DNA from: a virus
DNA: 64,000 nucleotides
IMG/VR virus record: IMGVR_UViG_3300043449_002450
Coordinates: 32,001 to 96,000 of that record
Strand: one strand, 5' to 3'
The notes beneath the pieces were generated by a model. It searched no databases. It saw only the letters and a list, made by a program, of their open reading frames with translations, and was not told the origin of the DNA. The position numbers and the translations under genes are program-made. Below are positions 46,725-55,267 of this stretch, one piece after another (position 1 is the stretch's first letter; each line of letters opens with the position of its first letter).

Positions 46725-48332
46725 ATGTCCACCGCACCGCCAAACAAGAACCGTCAGGTTCAAGAAATTATCCGGTGCGGCAAAGATCCGAGCTACTTCT
46801 TCAACACGTATGTGAAGATCCAGCACCCGACGAAGGGCTTGCTACCTTTTAAGACATTTCCATTTCAAGATGATTGTGTCCAGGACTTTATTGATCACAG
46901 ATTTACCGTTGTTGTTAAAAGTAGGCAGTTAGGTCTTTCTACGCTTGTTGCTGCATACGCAGTCTGGCTAGCATTATTCCAGAAAGATAAAAACATACTC
47001 ATCATCGCAACTAAACTCCAGGTCGCGCAGAACTTCATCAAGAAGACCAAGACCATGTTGAGAAATTTGCCACCTTGGTTGATATTGCCCCAGGTGACGG
47101 CCAATAACAAGCAGATGGTAGAGTTTAGCCATGGATCATCAATCAAGGCTATTCCAACTTCAGATGATGCAGGACGTTCAGAAGCGCTCTCTCTTCTAAT
47201 CATCGATGAGGCAGCATTCATTAGAAACTTCGATGAGCTCTGGACGGGCCTTTATCCTACACTGTCGACAGGTGGTCGCGCAATTGTTCTATCGACTCCC
47301 AATGGTGTTGGTGGTCAATATTATAAGCTGTATAAAGAAGCTGAGTCTGGTGTCAACGAGTTTAAATCGATCAAGCTAAATTGGGATGTCCACCCGGAGA
47401 GAGATCAAGCTTGGTTTGAGAAAGAGACTAGGAACATGTCACCAAGGCAGGTCGCACAGGAATTGCTATGCGACTTTGCATCATCAGGAGAGACATTTCT
47501 TGGCGAAGATGATTTAAAGTGGATTTATTCAAACATTAAGAATCCTATAGAGCGGCAAGGATCTGACAGAAACATCTGGGTATGGAAATATCCTCTATCT
47601 GAGCACAAGTATGTTATATCTGGAGATGTCGCTAGAGGCGACGGAAAGGATTACTCTACATTTCACATACTCGACCTCAATACGGGAGAAGTTGTCGCTG
47701 AATATAGGGGTAAAATAGCACCGGATAGATTTGGTGATCTATTAAGTGAGTATGGGCACAAATACAACAGAGCGTTAATGTGTCCAGAGAACAATTCATT
47801 TGGTTACGCGACAATAATCAGACTTCGCGATCTCAACTATCCAAAGATGTATTACCAGAAGAGCACGGCAGTATACATTGGTGATTATATTCCACCTGGA
47901 AATACGGACACGGCAGGATTTAACACCAGCGGAAAGACACGCGCTCTAATTTTAACTAAGCTCGAAGAGCTCTTACGCAATAAGCAAGTAGTATCTTACT
48001 CATCTAGATTCTACGACGAATTAAAAACTTTCGTGTGGCAAGACAACAGAGTTTCTGCAATGAAGGGCGAAAACGATGACCTTGTCATGTCGTTGGCAAT
48101 TGGATGCTGGCTCTACGATGCCTCTGCTGAACACTCAAGAGATTCTGACGTTATAAATCGTGCCATGATTGCAGCTATGTCAGTTAATTCTAATAACTTC
48201 AATGGTGCCGCGAATAGTATTATGAAGAATGAGCATATAAAAAATGTTCAAGCTAAGCGCGACCTTGTCACAGGTGGTCTTAGGTCGATGAACACAATTC
48301 CCCCAGAATTTAGCTGGGTCTACAAGGGTTAA
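46725..48332 (+). CDS. terL: Terminase large subunit (T4 gp17-like)
   Basis: FPFQ Q-motif, KSRQLGLST Walker A variant, LIIDEAAF Walker B, STPNG coupling motif, nuclease GDVARGDGKDYS, ENN, NDDLVMS. Confidence 0.96.
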   Translation: MSTAPPNKNRQVQEIIRCGKDPSYFFNTYVKIQHPTKGLLPFKTFPFQDDCVQDFIDHRFTVVVKSRQLGLSTLVAAYAVWLALFQKDKNILIIATKLQVAQNFIKKTKTMLRNLPPWLILPQVTANNKQMVEFSHGSSIKAIPTSDDAGRSEALSLLIIDEAAFIRNFDELWTGLYPTLSTGGRAIVLSTPNGVGGQYYKLYKEAESGVNEFKSIKLNWDVHPERDQAWFEKETRNMSPRQVAQELLCDFASSGETFLGEDDLKWIYSNIKNPIERQGSDRNIWVWKYPLSEHKYVISGDVARGDGKDYSTFHILDLNTGEVVAEYRGKIAPDRFGDLLSEYGHKYNRALMCPENNSFGYATIIRLRDLNYPKMYYQKSTAVYIGDYIPPGNTDTAGFNTSGKTRALILTKLEELLRNKQVVSYSSRFYDELKTFVWQDNRVSAMKGENDDLVMSLAIGCWLYDASAEHSRDSDVINRAMIAAMSVNSNNFNGAANSIMKNEHIKNVQAKRDLVTGGLRSMNTIPPEFSWVYKG

Positions 48333-48334
48333 AC

Positions 48335-50389
48335 ATGGCAAAGAATGAAAACATCTTCAATCGGCTAACATCGCTTTTTAGAAGCGGTCCAGTCGTTAAG
48401 AGAAGAGTAAAAGAATACAAGCCGAGTGAGCAAAATACCTCGGCTTATGAACTCTTTAGGAAGACACAGTCGAACGTCTATAGCACAGCAATGAGTGCCT
48501 ATGGCACGTATGACCGAATGGCAAGATATTCTGACTTTCAAGAGATGGAATACACACCAGAAATAGCGTCCGCGCTAGACATCTACGCTGAAGAGTCTGT
48601 TTCACCCGATGAGAAGGGCAATATTGTTCATATTTACTCAGAAAATGCTCAGATTCAGAAGCTGCTAAATGAGCTCTTTTATGATACGCTCAACGTCAAC
48701 TTTAATATGACGTCCTGGGCGCGCAACATGTGCAAATATGGCGACTTCTTCCTCTTTAACGACGTCTCACCTGAGCATGGCGTTATAAATGTCTTTCCAA
48801 TTGCTGTCAATGAGATCGAACGTGAGGAAGGATTTGATAAGAACGATCCTCTGGCTGTCCGGTATCGCTGGGTAACACAGGGTAATCAGGTCCTGCAGAA
48901 CTGGCAGGTAAGCCATTTTAGAATCTTGGGAAATGATGCATTTCTTCCATATGGAACATCAGTCCTAGAAGCAGCAAGACGTATCTGGCGTCAATTGATC
49001 CTCGTTGAAGACGCGATGCTAGTCTATCGAATTGTTCGTGCACCAGATCGTCGAGTTTTCTACATTGACGTTGGTAACGTTCCGCCTGAAGAAATTCCTA
49101 ATTACATGGAGCAAGTCCAATCAACGCTTAAGAAGAACCAGGTTATTGACAGGAATACAGGGCGCGTTGACTTGAGATATAACCCAATGTCTGTCGATGA
49201 GGACTACTTCTTGCCCGTTAGAGGTGGCCAGACAGGCACTAAGATTGATCCTCTTGCAGGTGGCCAGAACGCTGCGGCGATCGAAGATGTGCAGTATATC
49301 CAGAAGAAGCTTTTCTCTGCACTTAAGATACCCAAAGCATACCTTGGCTATGATGAGGGATTGGGCGCAAAGGCAACACTTTCGCAGGAAGACATACGAT
49401 TCTCCAGGTCTATCAATAGAATCCAGCGGACAATTGTGTCTGAGCTTAATAAGCTTGCAATTGTTCACCTCTACTGCAATGGCTTTGAGGGACATGATTT
49501 GTTAGATTTTGAATTAAAGCTAACAAATCCTTCAACGATTGCTCAACAACAAAAGCTTGAACTTTATACAACAAAGTTCACAATTGCGCAGACTGCAACA
49601 GGAATAGACGGTCTTGTTGATAAGCGCTGGATTAAGAAGAACATCTTCATGATGCCTGACGAAGAGATCGAGTCAATCGAGAGAGGTCTTTACAAGGACA
49701 AGGAGATGTCGCTGAAGCTTGAGGCTGTCAAACTACCCGAGCCCGAAGCACCCGCGGGCGGTCCGCCCGGAGAAAGTGGGACTCCTGCAGAACCAGCGCC
49801 AGGCGGAGGACCTCCTGGAGGTGGTGAGAGCCCGCTAGGTAATCTTGACCTTGGCGGCGGTGCTTCTGGTGAACCAATAACTTCTGGTGACACAAGAAAT
49901 CCATTTAAGCTTCCAACGCTTGATGAAGATGAGTTTGAGACACCCATTAATTTGGACCAGATCGCGTCGATCAAGGGATTACCATTGCGCGCCTTTGCAG
50001 GTCTTTCTAGAGCACCAGGCGTTGCGTCCAGAAGCTTGCTAGATGAGACTAAGGCGGGACCTGATTATGCAGCTAGAGAGCGTCACAACGCTCGTCGTCG
50101 AAAAGGAACTAGAGCAAATACTTCTACAGATCACGCAGCGCTCGTTGGCGTTGATAAAAGCGACCCTAGAGATTCAATTGCGCACCCATACGGTGAAAAG
50201 AAGGACCTTGTTAACCCCTTAAAGAACGCACACAAGGTAAAGATTGATGAGTCTGGAAATGATGACTTCTTTGACACATACTTAGATAGCAAGCTTGATA
50301 TCACAGAAATGAACCAGCACAACATTAACAGAATAATTAAGAATTTGAGATCTAACAACTCTGAGTCAAATACTCCAGAGGAGGAATAA
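48335..50389 (+). CDS. Portal protein (T4 gp20-like) with long low-complexity C-terminal tail
   Basis: PEIASALD, EDAMLVYRIVRAPDRRVFYIDVGN, EDYFLPVRGG, IEDVQYIQKKLFSALKIP. Confidence 0.96.
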   Translation: MAKNENIFNRLTSLFRSGPVVKRRVKEYKPSEQNTSAYELFRKTQSNVYSTAMSAYGTYDRMARYSDFQEMEYTPEIASALDIYAEESVSPDEKGNIVHIYSENAQIQKLLNELFYDTLNVNFNMTSWARNMCKYGDFFLFNDVSPEHGVINVFPIAVNEIEREEGFDKNDPLAVRYRWVTQGNQVLQNWQVSHFRILGNDAFLPYGTSVLEAARRIWRQLILVEDAMLVYRIVRAPDRRVFYIDVGNVPPEEIPNYMEQVQSTLKKNQVIDRNTGRVDLRYNPMSVDEDYFLPVRGGQTGTKIDPLAGGQNAAAIEDVQYIQKKLFSALKIPKAYLGYDEGLGAKATLSQEDIRFSRSINRIQRTIVSELNKLAIVHLYCNGFEGHDLLDFELKLTNPSTIAQQQKLELYTTKFTIAQTATGIDGLVDKRWIKKNIFMMPDEEIESIERGLYKDKEMSLKLEAVKLPEPEAPAGGPPGESGTPAEPAPGGGPPGGGESPLGNLDLGGGASGEPITSGDTRNPFKLPTLDEDEFETPINLDQIASIKGLPLRAFAGLSRAPGVASRSLLDETKAGPDYAARERHNARRRKGTRANTSTDHAALVGVDKSDPRDSIAHPYGEKKDLVNPLKNAHKVKIDESGNDDFFDTYLDSKLDITEMNQHNINRIIKNLRSNNSESNTPEEE

Positions 50390-51255
50390 TGAGTAGCCCG
50401 ATAAGCATTAATCACAATAAGAAGAGAAACGTGGGAGTGGTCTACGAACTGCTCCTCCGTGCTGTGTCATCTTACATTGTTGAGGGGAAGAAAGATAAAG
50501 CGCAGTTAGCACTTGACATTATCTCTAAGAGATTTTCACAAGACACAGAGTTGTTTAAAGAGTTTAGACTCTTCAATGCTCTTGCCAAAACACAGATCAC
50601 AGATCCTACTGTCGCAGCCGTTATTTTGACAGAAACAAAAGCAGCAGCTAGACGTCTCGATCTAGCAAAGCTTGATAGAGAAAAATCGCTATTGATCAGA
50701 GATATCAATCATAGTCTTGATGATTCGAGCTTCTATCACAGGCGTTTGAATAACTACCGCGATTTGGCTACGATACAAGTAGCAATTAACGAGTGGGTGC
50801 TTTGTGACAGGTCAGACTTCTCACAAACTTTGATGGTAGAGTCAAAACTAATTGAGCAACTCAAGAACAATAAGGCAAATCCCGAACCTCTTGAGAACCA
50901 AAAGAGTGATGCTGTTGACAATCTTGTTGTTAAGATTCTAAATGAAAAGTTTAATAAGAAATATGAGGGAAAGCTTACAGATGACCAGCGATCTTTAATT
51001 CAAGATTATGTTATTACTAGAACAAACGGCATAGTCTCAAAAGATATGGTTGATAGAGCCAAAAGAATTAAAAATGAGGCACTTGTTTGTCTAGAGACAA
51101 TTCAGAAAACAGAGAGCAATACCGTTATACAGGAAAACATAAAGAGTGTTAGAAACAAGGTGTCTGAACTTGATGTTGATGATCTAAATGATGACACATT
51201 AAGCAAACTCATGACACTATCACAGCTTGCCAAAGAAACACAGGAGACGAAATGA
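50389..51255 (+). CDS. Hypothetical helical protein between portal and protease
   Basis: 288-aa ORF coupled to both neighbours; starts HNKKRNVGVVYELL. Confidence 0.65.
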   Translation: MSSPISINHNKKRNVGVVYELLLRAVSSYIVEGKKDKAQLALDIISKRFSQDTELFKEFRLFNALAKTQITDPTVAAVILTETKAAARRLDLAKLDREKSLLIRDINHSLDDSSFYHRRLNNYRDLATIQVAINEWVLCDRSDFSQTLMVESKLIEQLKNNKANPEPLENQKSDAVDNLVVKILNEKFNKKYEGKLTDDQRSLIQDYVITRTNGIVSKDMVDRAKRIKNEALVCLETIQKTESNTVIQENIKSVRNKVSELDVDDLNDDTLSKLMTLSQLAKETQETK

Positions 51256-51860
51256 ATAACGCTCTCACACTTCTAACTGAGTGGCTACCTCTATCTTTGA
51301 CACCAAATGTTGTCAAAGAGTCCAAGCAGATCAATGGTGGCAAAATAATGCTGCGTGGCGTCATACAGCGTGCAGATACTCTCAACCAAAATGGAAGAAT
51401 ATACCCACGCGCCATTCTTGAGAGAGAGATCATAAACTATCAAAAGTTTATTCGAGAGAATAGAGCACTCGGTGAGTGTGACCATCCCGATACTTCCGTT
51501 GTAGAGCTAAAGAATGTCTCACACATAGTCAGAGAGGCTCACATGGACGGCGATACTGTGTTTGGCACAGTTGAACTGCTCGACACGCCAAGCGGCAAGA
51601 TACTTCAGTCTCTAATCGAAAGTGGTGTGACACTTGGCATTTCATCACGCGGCGTAGGATCTACGCGTCAGCAGTCAGGCAGTCTTGTTGTTCAAGAAGA
51701 CTTCCAGTTAATTTGCTTTGACATAGTTTCCGAGCCAAGCACACCAGGTGCCTTCATGATGAACGAATCAAAGGTTGTTAGACCATCTGATTTGCGTGCG
51801 ACGTTTAATAAGTCTGACAGAATTAATAGAATCTTCAATGACATAAAAACATGGAAGTGA
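51252..51860 (+). CDS. Prohead core protease (T4 gp21-like)
   Basis: NQNGRIYP, ALGECDHP, VSH, TPSGKIL, LGISSRGVGS, DIVSEPS. Confidence 0.95.
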   Translation: MNNALTLLTEWLPLSLTPNVVKESKQINGGKIMLRGVIQRADTLNQNGRIYPRAILEREIINYQKFIRENRALGECDHPDTSVVELKNVSHIVREAHMDGDTVFGTVELLDTPSGKILQSLIESGVTLGISSRGVGSTRQQSGSLVVQEDFQLICFDIVSEPSTPGAFMMNESKVVRPSDLRATFNKSDRINRIFNDIKTWK

Positions 51861-51861
51861 C

Positions 51862-52377
51862 ATGAAGATGACGCGTCAAGATCTTAAGAGCATAGTAAAG
51901 GAATGTCTTGTGGAGATACTATCTGAAGGGCTAGTTGAGTCCACTAGAAGCATAAATGAAAGTCGACAGCAGCAAGCACCTGTCCGCCGAGAAGCACAAC
52001 AGACAAGACAGGCTCCCGCGCCTATGCGTCCAACAACAGCAGATAAGATTAGTTTCTTACCTGCTCGTCAAGAGATAGCAACACAGCAAGCGCAACAGGC
52101 ACGTCCTCGCCAATCGATTGCAGCAGGTCTAACAAGCGACCCAATTCTGGCTGAGATGTTCGCTGACACTGAGCGTAATGGTGGGCACTTAAAGATAAAT
52201 GAATCACCATCAGCACCTCACAAAGTGAGCTATGAGCAGATGATATCGACAGCGGGCGACGCCGCCTCTAAGAAAATGCTTGTAAGCGAGCCTGCTGACG
52301 TCTTCGGCGAAGCATCAAATAAGTGGGCAGCTCTAGCTTTTGCTGAGAAGGGACCCGCAGGATCGCGCGCAGTGTGA
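51862..52377 (+). CDS. Hypothetical protein, possible prohead core/internal protein
   Basis: N-terminal MKMTRQDLKSIVKECLVEILSE, two INE sites, Q/A/P-rich linker. Confidence 0.6.
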   Translation: MKMTRQDLKSIVKECLVEILSEGLVESTRSINESRQQQAPVRREAQQTRQAPAPMRPTTADKISFLPARQEIATQQAQQARPRQSIAAGLTSDPILAEMFADTERNGGHLKINESPSAPHKVSYEQMISTAGDAASKKMLVSEPADVFGEASNKWAALAFAEKGPAGSRAV

Positions 52378-52383
52378 TACGTA
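52374..52383 (+). promoter_or_regulatory. Putative late promoter motif GTGATACGTA
   Basis: The identical 10-mer also occurs at 53808-53817; both precede head genes. Confidence 0.55.
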
Positions 52384-52409
52384 GATAATGCAACCCCAGG
52401 GGATAAAAC

Positions 52410-52700
52410 ATGGCAACTAGACTAACACCAGATACTCTTCGCAGGCTTGTCCTCGAGGAGAAGGCAAAAGTAGAAAGGCAGCTTGACAAGGCAGCTCTCA
52501 AGGAGCTCGCTCTTGACGCCGAAGAAGAGGGCGATTGGTCGCACCCAAAGGGCCAGAAGACAGTTAAGCAGACTGCTGGCAAGAAGCTTGCGACTCTCAA
52601 GATGCTCAAGGAGCACGAGGAGAAGCTCCGCAAGCAGCTTCGTGAGACAACAGAGCGTCGTCTTGCGCTTCGTCGACAGCTGATGAATGAGATAGACTAA
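52410..52700 (+). CDS. Hypothetical coiled-coil protein, possible prohead core/internal protein
   Basis: MATRLTPDTLRRLVLEE start; charged heptads. Confidence 0.6.
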   Translation: MATRLTPDTLRRLVLEEKAKVERQLDKAALKELALDAEEEGDWSHPKGQKTVKQTAGKKLATLKMLKEHEEKLRKQLRETTERRLALRRQLMNEID

Positions 52701-52717
52701 TTTACTAGGACTTCATT

Positions 52718-53251
52718 ATGTCAACATTAAGAACAGCTACAGTCATCCCGCAAGGTCCTCCTGGTGAAGGTGGATTTGGGCACAGGAGCGATGTAAACAT
52801 TAGAGCAATGTTTAGAACTCCTGTTGGCACAACTTACAGCGAAGAAGCTGTCAGAAATGCTGCTGTTGCCGCTTTTAATGGCGCAGGTGGCCCAGGCGAC
52901 AGCATTCCTAACATAGGCGTTTCTAATGGCGTCATCAATGATGGCGGCCACGCATTCGGATCTTTTGATTTGAATTACACAAACGCACCAGATTTTAGCA
53001 CTGTCCTCGTCGGCGGCGAAGGTTTGCCTGCGTCGCCTTATGTTCCTAACCTAGCATCTCCAGGGCCGGGCAGCACTTCTCCAAGTGACCAGCCCGAGTA
53101 TCTTGGGAACATACCTGAGGCTCGAGCACAATATGGTTCTGGAATGGGTAGTGCTGTTGCACCTAGCACAACAGCACCTGGCATTTCTTCTCAAAAGATT
53201 GGTGCATATATCTCTGGAAGATCTTACAGAGGATCTGACGGTATCTACTAA
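52718..53251 (+). CDS. Gly/Pro-rich hypothetical protein
   Basis: 177-aa ORF with AGGA SD in the head module. Confidence 0.6.
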   Translation: MSTLRTATVIPQGPPGEGGFGHRSDVNIRAMFRTPVGTTYSEEAVRNAAVAAFNGAGGPGDSIPNIGVSNGVINDGGHAFGSFDLNYTNAPDFSTVLVGGEGLPASPYVPNLASPGPGSTSPSDQPEYLGNIPEARAQYGSGMGSAVAPSTTAPGISSQKIGAYISGRSYRGSDGIY

Positions 53252-53784
53252 TGCCTAAATACGTCCATGACCAACGCGTAGGTGCTGGTTACGGAGCTGT
53301 AGGCGGTCGCGGGCTCCGGCACAACTCAACAGTTGCCGGAGCCCGCTTTCCATACAATGGCGATGACTCTGAACCCATAGACATGGATGACGAGGATCAG
53401 GAGACACGTGACATTATTGGGCGTCGTTTAAGCCACTCTAATATTGCACGTGAGCCTAGCCAGAGCATGAGGCGCGACTACTTCACAATGTCTAAGAACC
53501 GCCTTAATCTTGCTGAAACTGATTCACAAGCAAGAACTCTGTTAGGCATGGTGCCGTTCCCAATGCAAAGAATAGATGGACCTGCAATAGGTGGGCACTC
53601 TTCAAATCGTGCCTACAGGGTCGCACCGGGCAGAATTGATGGATCACCGTATGGTTGGACAAAGGGTGCAATGAATAAGAAATGGGGTGACGAGAATGAA
53701 GCACCACCCAGATTCATGGACGCTATAGATCCCGAAGTTAGAGAAAAAGTTAGCTTAAAGTTGAAAATACCACGTCTAAGATAA
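53251..53784 (+). CDS. Hypothetical protein
   Basis: 177-aa ORF with TAATG coupling. Confidence 0.6.
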   Translation: MPKYVHDQRVGAGYGAVGGRGLRHNSTVAGARFPYNGDDSEPIDMDDEDQETRDIIGRRLSHSNIAREPSQSMRRDYFTMSKNRLNLAETDSQARTLLGMVPFPMQRIDGPAIGGHSSNRAYRVAPGRIDGSPYGWTKGAMNKKWGDENEAPPRFMDAIDPEVREKVSLKLKIPRLR

Positions 53785-53807
53785 TATCAAGAATAAACTA
53801 CGTGTGA

Positions 53808-53817
53808 GTGATACGTA
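53808..53817 (+). promoter_or_regulatory. Putative late promoter motif GTGATACGTA (scaffold-capsid operon)
   Basis: In the intergenic gap, 23 nt before the scaffold ATG. Confidence 0.55.
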
Positions 53818-53840
53818 TTCTCAGTAAGAGGTAGTAACCT

Positions 53841-55241
53841 ATGTCGAAGTCTCTGTTCGAAGAGGCAATAGCAGATGCAAAGCAGCTACGTGAAGCAGCT
53901 GAAGCTAATGCCAAGAATGCCATCATAGAAGCCGTAACACCACGCATCAGAGAGTTTATTGAAGCTCAGCTGGTGGGCGGAAAGGTCGTAAATGAGAGTA
54001 ACTTTCTAGCTGATGCTCTGCTTAGCGAAGAGAATGAGGGCATCGAAGATGAGACCGATGAGAATGTTGAGCTTGATGAGACAGCATTACGTTCTCTCGC
54101 AAATCTAGTCAATGGGACTAGGACTAATGAGTCTGATGCACTGCGTGAGGCCTTCGAGACTCTGACTGAAGAAGAGCAAGAAAAGCTTTTTAGCATGCTT
54201 CGTGAAGAAGAGTCTAATAAAGTGCCAGCCACTGCCAAAAAAACAGCAAGTGGTGGCCTAGATAATGAAGGAGAGGCATCTGAAAATCTATACGAGGTCG
54301 ATCTCGAAGATCTTAAAGAGACTCTAATGAAAGAATTTAAAAATAAGAAAACATCAGGAGCTTCAAAGATGTCAAGAAAGACCCTAAGAGAAAGTTATCA
54401 CATGGACGAGGACCTCTATGAGCTCGACGAGATGATGGATGATGCCGATCTCGAAGAGGCCATTCTAAAGATCGTTGGAAACTCTGAGGAGCGTGACAGC
54501 TTCGACAAGCTCGGCCTATCTGGCATTGAGTTCGAGGAAGAGGCTGGAGAGGACGAGGAAGAGGAAGTCGCGATGGGCGACGAGGAAGGCGAAGGCGAAG
54601 AGGCCGGAGAGGCCCCTCCCGAAGGTGAAGGCGCTCCAGAAGCTCCTCTCGCCGAGATGGGTGTCTACGAGATCGATGAGAATATGCTCCGTCGAGAGCT
54701 TTCTCGTCTCCGTGAGGCCCGCAAGCGCGGCCGCGGTCGCAAGGCTAAGAACTCGTCGCACAAGGCAGCTGCCGCCGCTTTCGGTGGCGGAATGCTCGAG
54801 GGAGATCCCCTCGATGTGAAGACGCTCCAGGGCGTCAACCAACTCAAGAAGAAAGCTTTAAAAGAGGCGCACGAAAATCGTGCCCTAAAGACCCAGCTCA
54901 ATGAATACAGGAGTGCCGTGCAGACTCTCCGTGAGCAACTCAGTGACCTTAACTTGTTCAACGCAAAGCTTCTTTACGTCAACAAGATCCTCCAGAACAA
55001 AGACGTGTCTCCAGCACAGAGGAGATCGGCCATAGAGGCTCTTGACGGCGCATCCAATCTTCGCGAAGCCAAGTTGCTCTACCAGGGCTTGACAGCCTCG
55101 ATACAGTCGAACAACGCTTCGATCAACGAGTCTGTAAGGCACACAGCCGGCATGGCTTCACGTCCTGTCGCCTCCGCATCCGCTCGAATTGGCGCAGCGG
55201 GCGAGGTCGATCGTTGGGCAATCCTTGCAGGCATCAAGTAA
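53841..55241 (+). CDS. Prohead scaffold/core protein (gp22-like by position)
   Basis: Immediately upstream of the capsid gene; highly acidic, coiled-coil, many [LI]xE sites, ends RWAILAGIK. Confidence 0.75.
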   Translation: MSKSLFEEAIADAKQLREAAEANAKNAIIEAVTPRIREFIEAQLVGGKVVNESNFLADALLSEENEGIEDETDENVELDETALRSLANLVNGTRTNESDALREAFETLTEEEQEKLFSMLREEESNKVPATAKKTASGGLDNEGEASENLYEVDLEDLKETLMKEFKNKKTSGASKMSRKTLRESYHMDEDLYELDEMMDDADLEEAILKIVGNSEERDSFDKLGLSGIEFEEEAGEDEEEEVAMGDEEGEGEEAGEAPPEGEGAPEAPLAEMGVYEIDENMLRRELSRLREARKRGRGRKAKNSSHKAAAAAFGGGMLEGDPLDVKTLQGVNQLKKKALKEAHENRALKTQLNEYRSAVQTLREQLSDLNLFNAKLLYVNKILQNKDVSPAQRRSAIEALDGASNLREAKLLYQGLTASIQSNNASINESVRHTAGMASRPVASASARIGAAGEVDRWAILAGIK

Positions 55242-55267
55242 TCATTCGAAACTAGGAGATTTTTCAA

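Noticed and set aside
41702-50389. Inteins or self-splicing introns in primase, terminase or portal
   Set aside because: Motif spacing is continuous; no intein splice-junction pattern or homing endonuclease motif was noticed.
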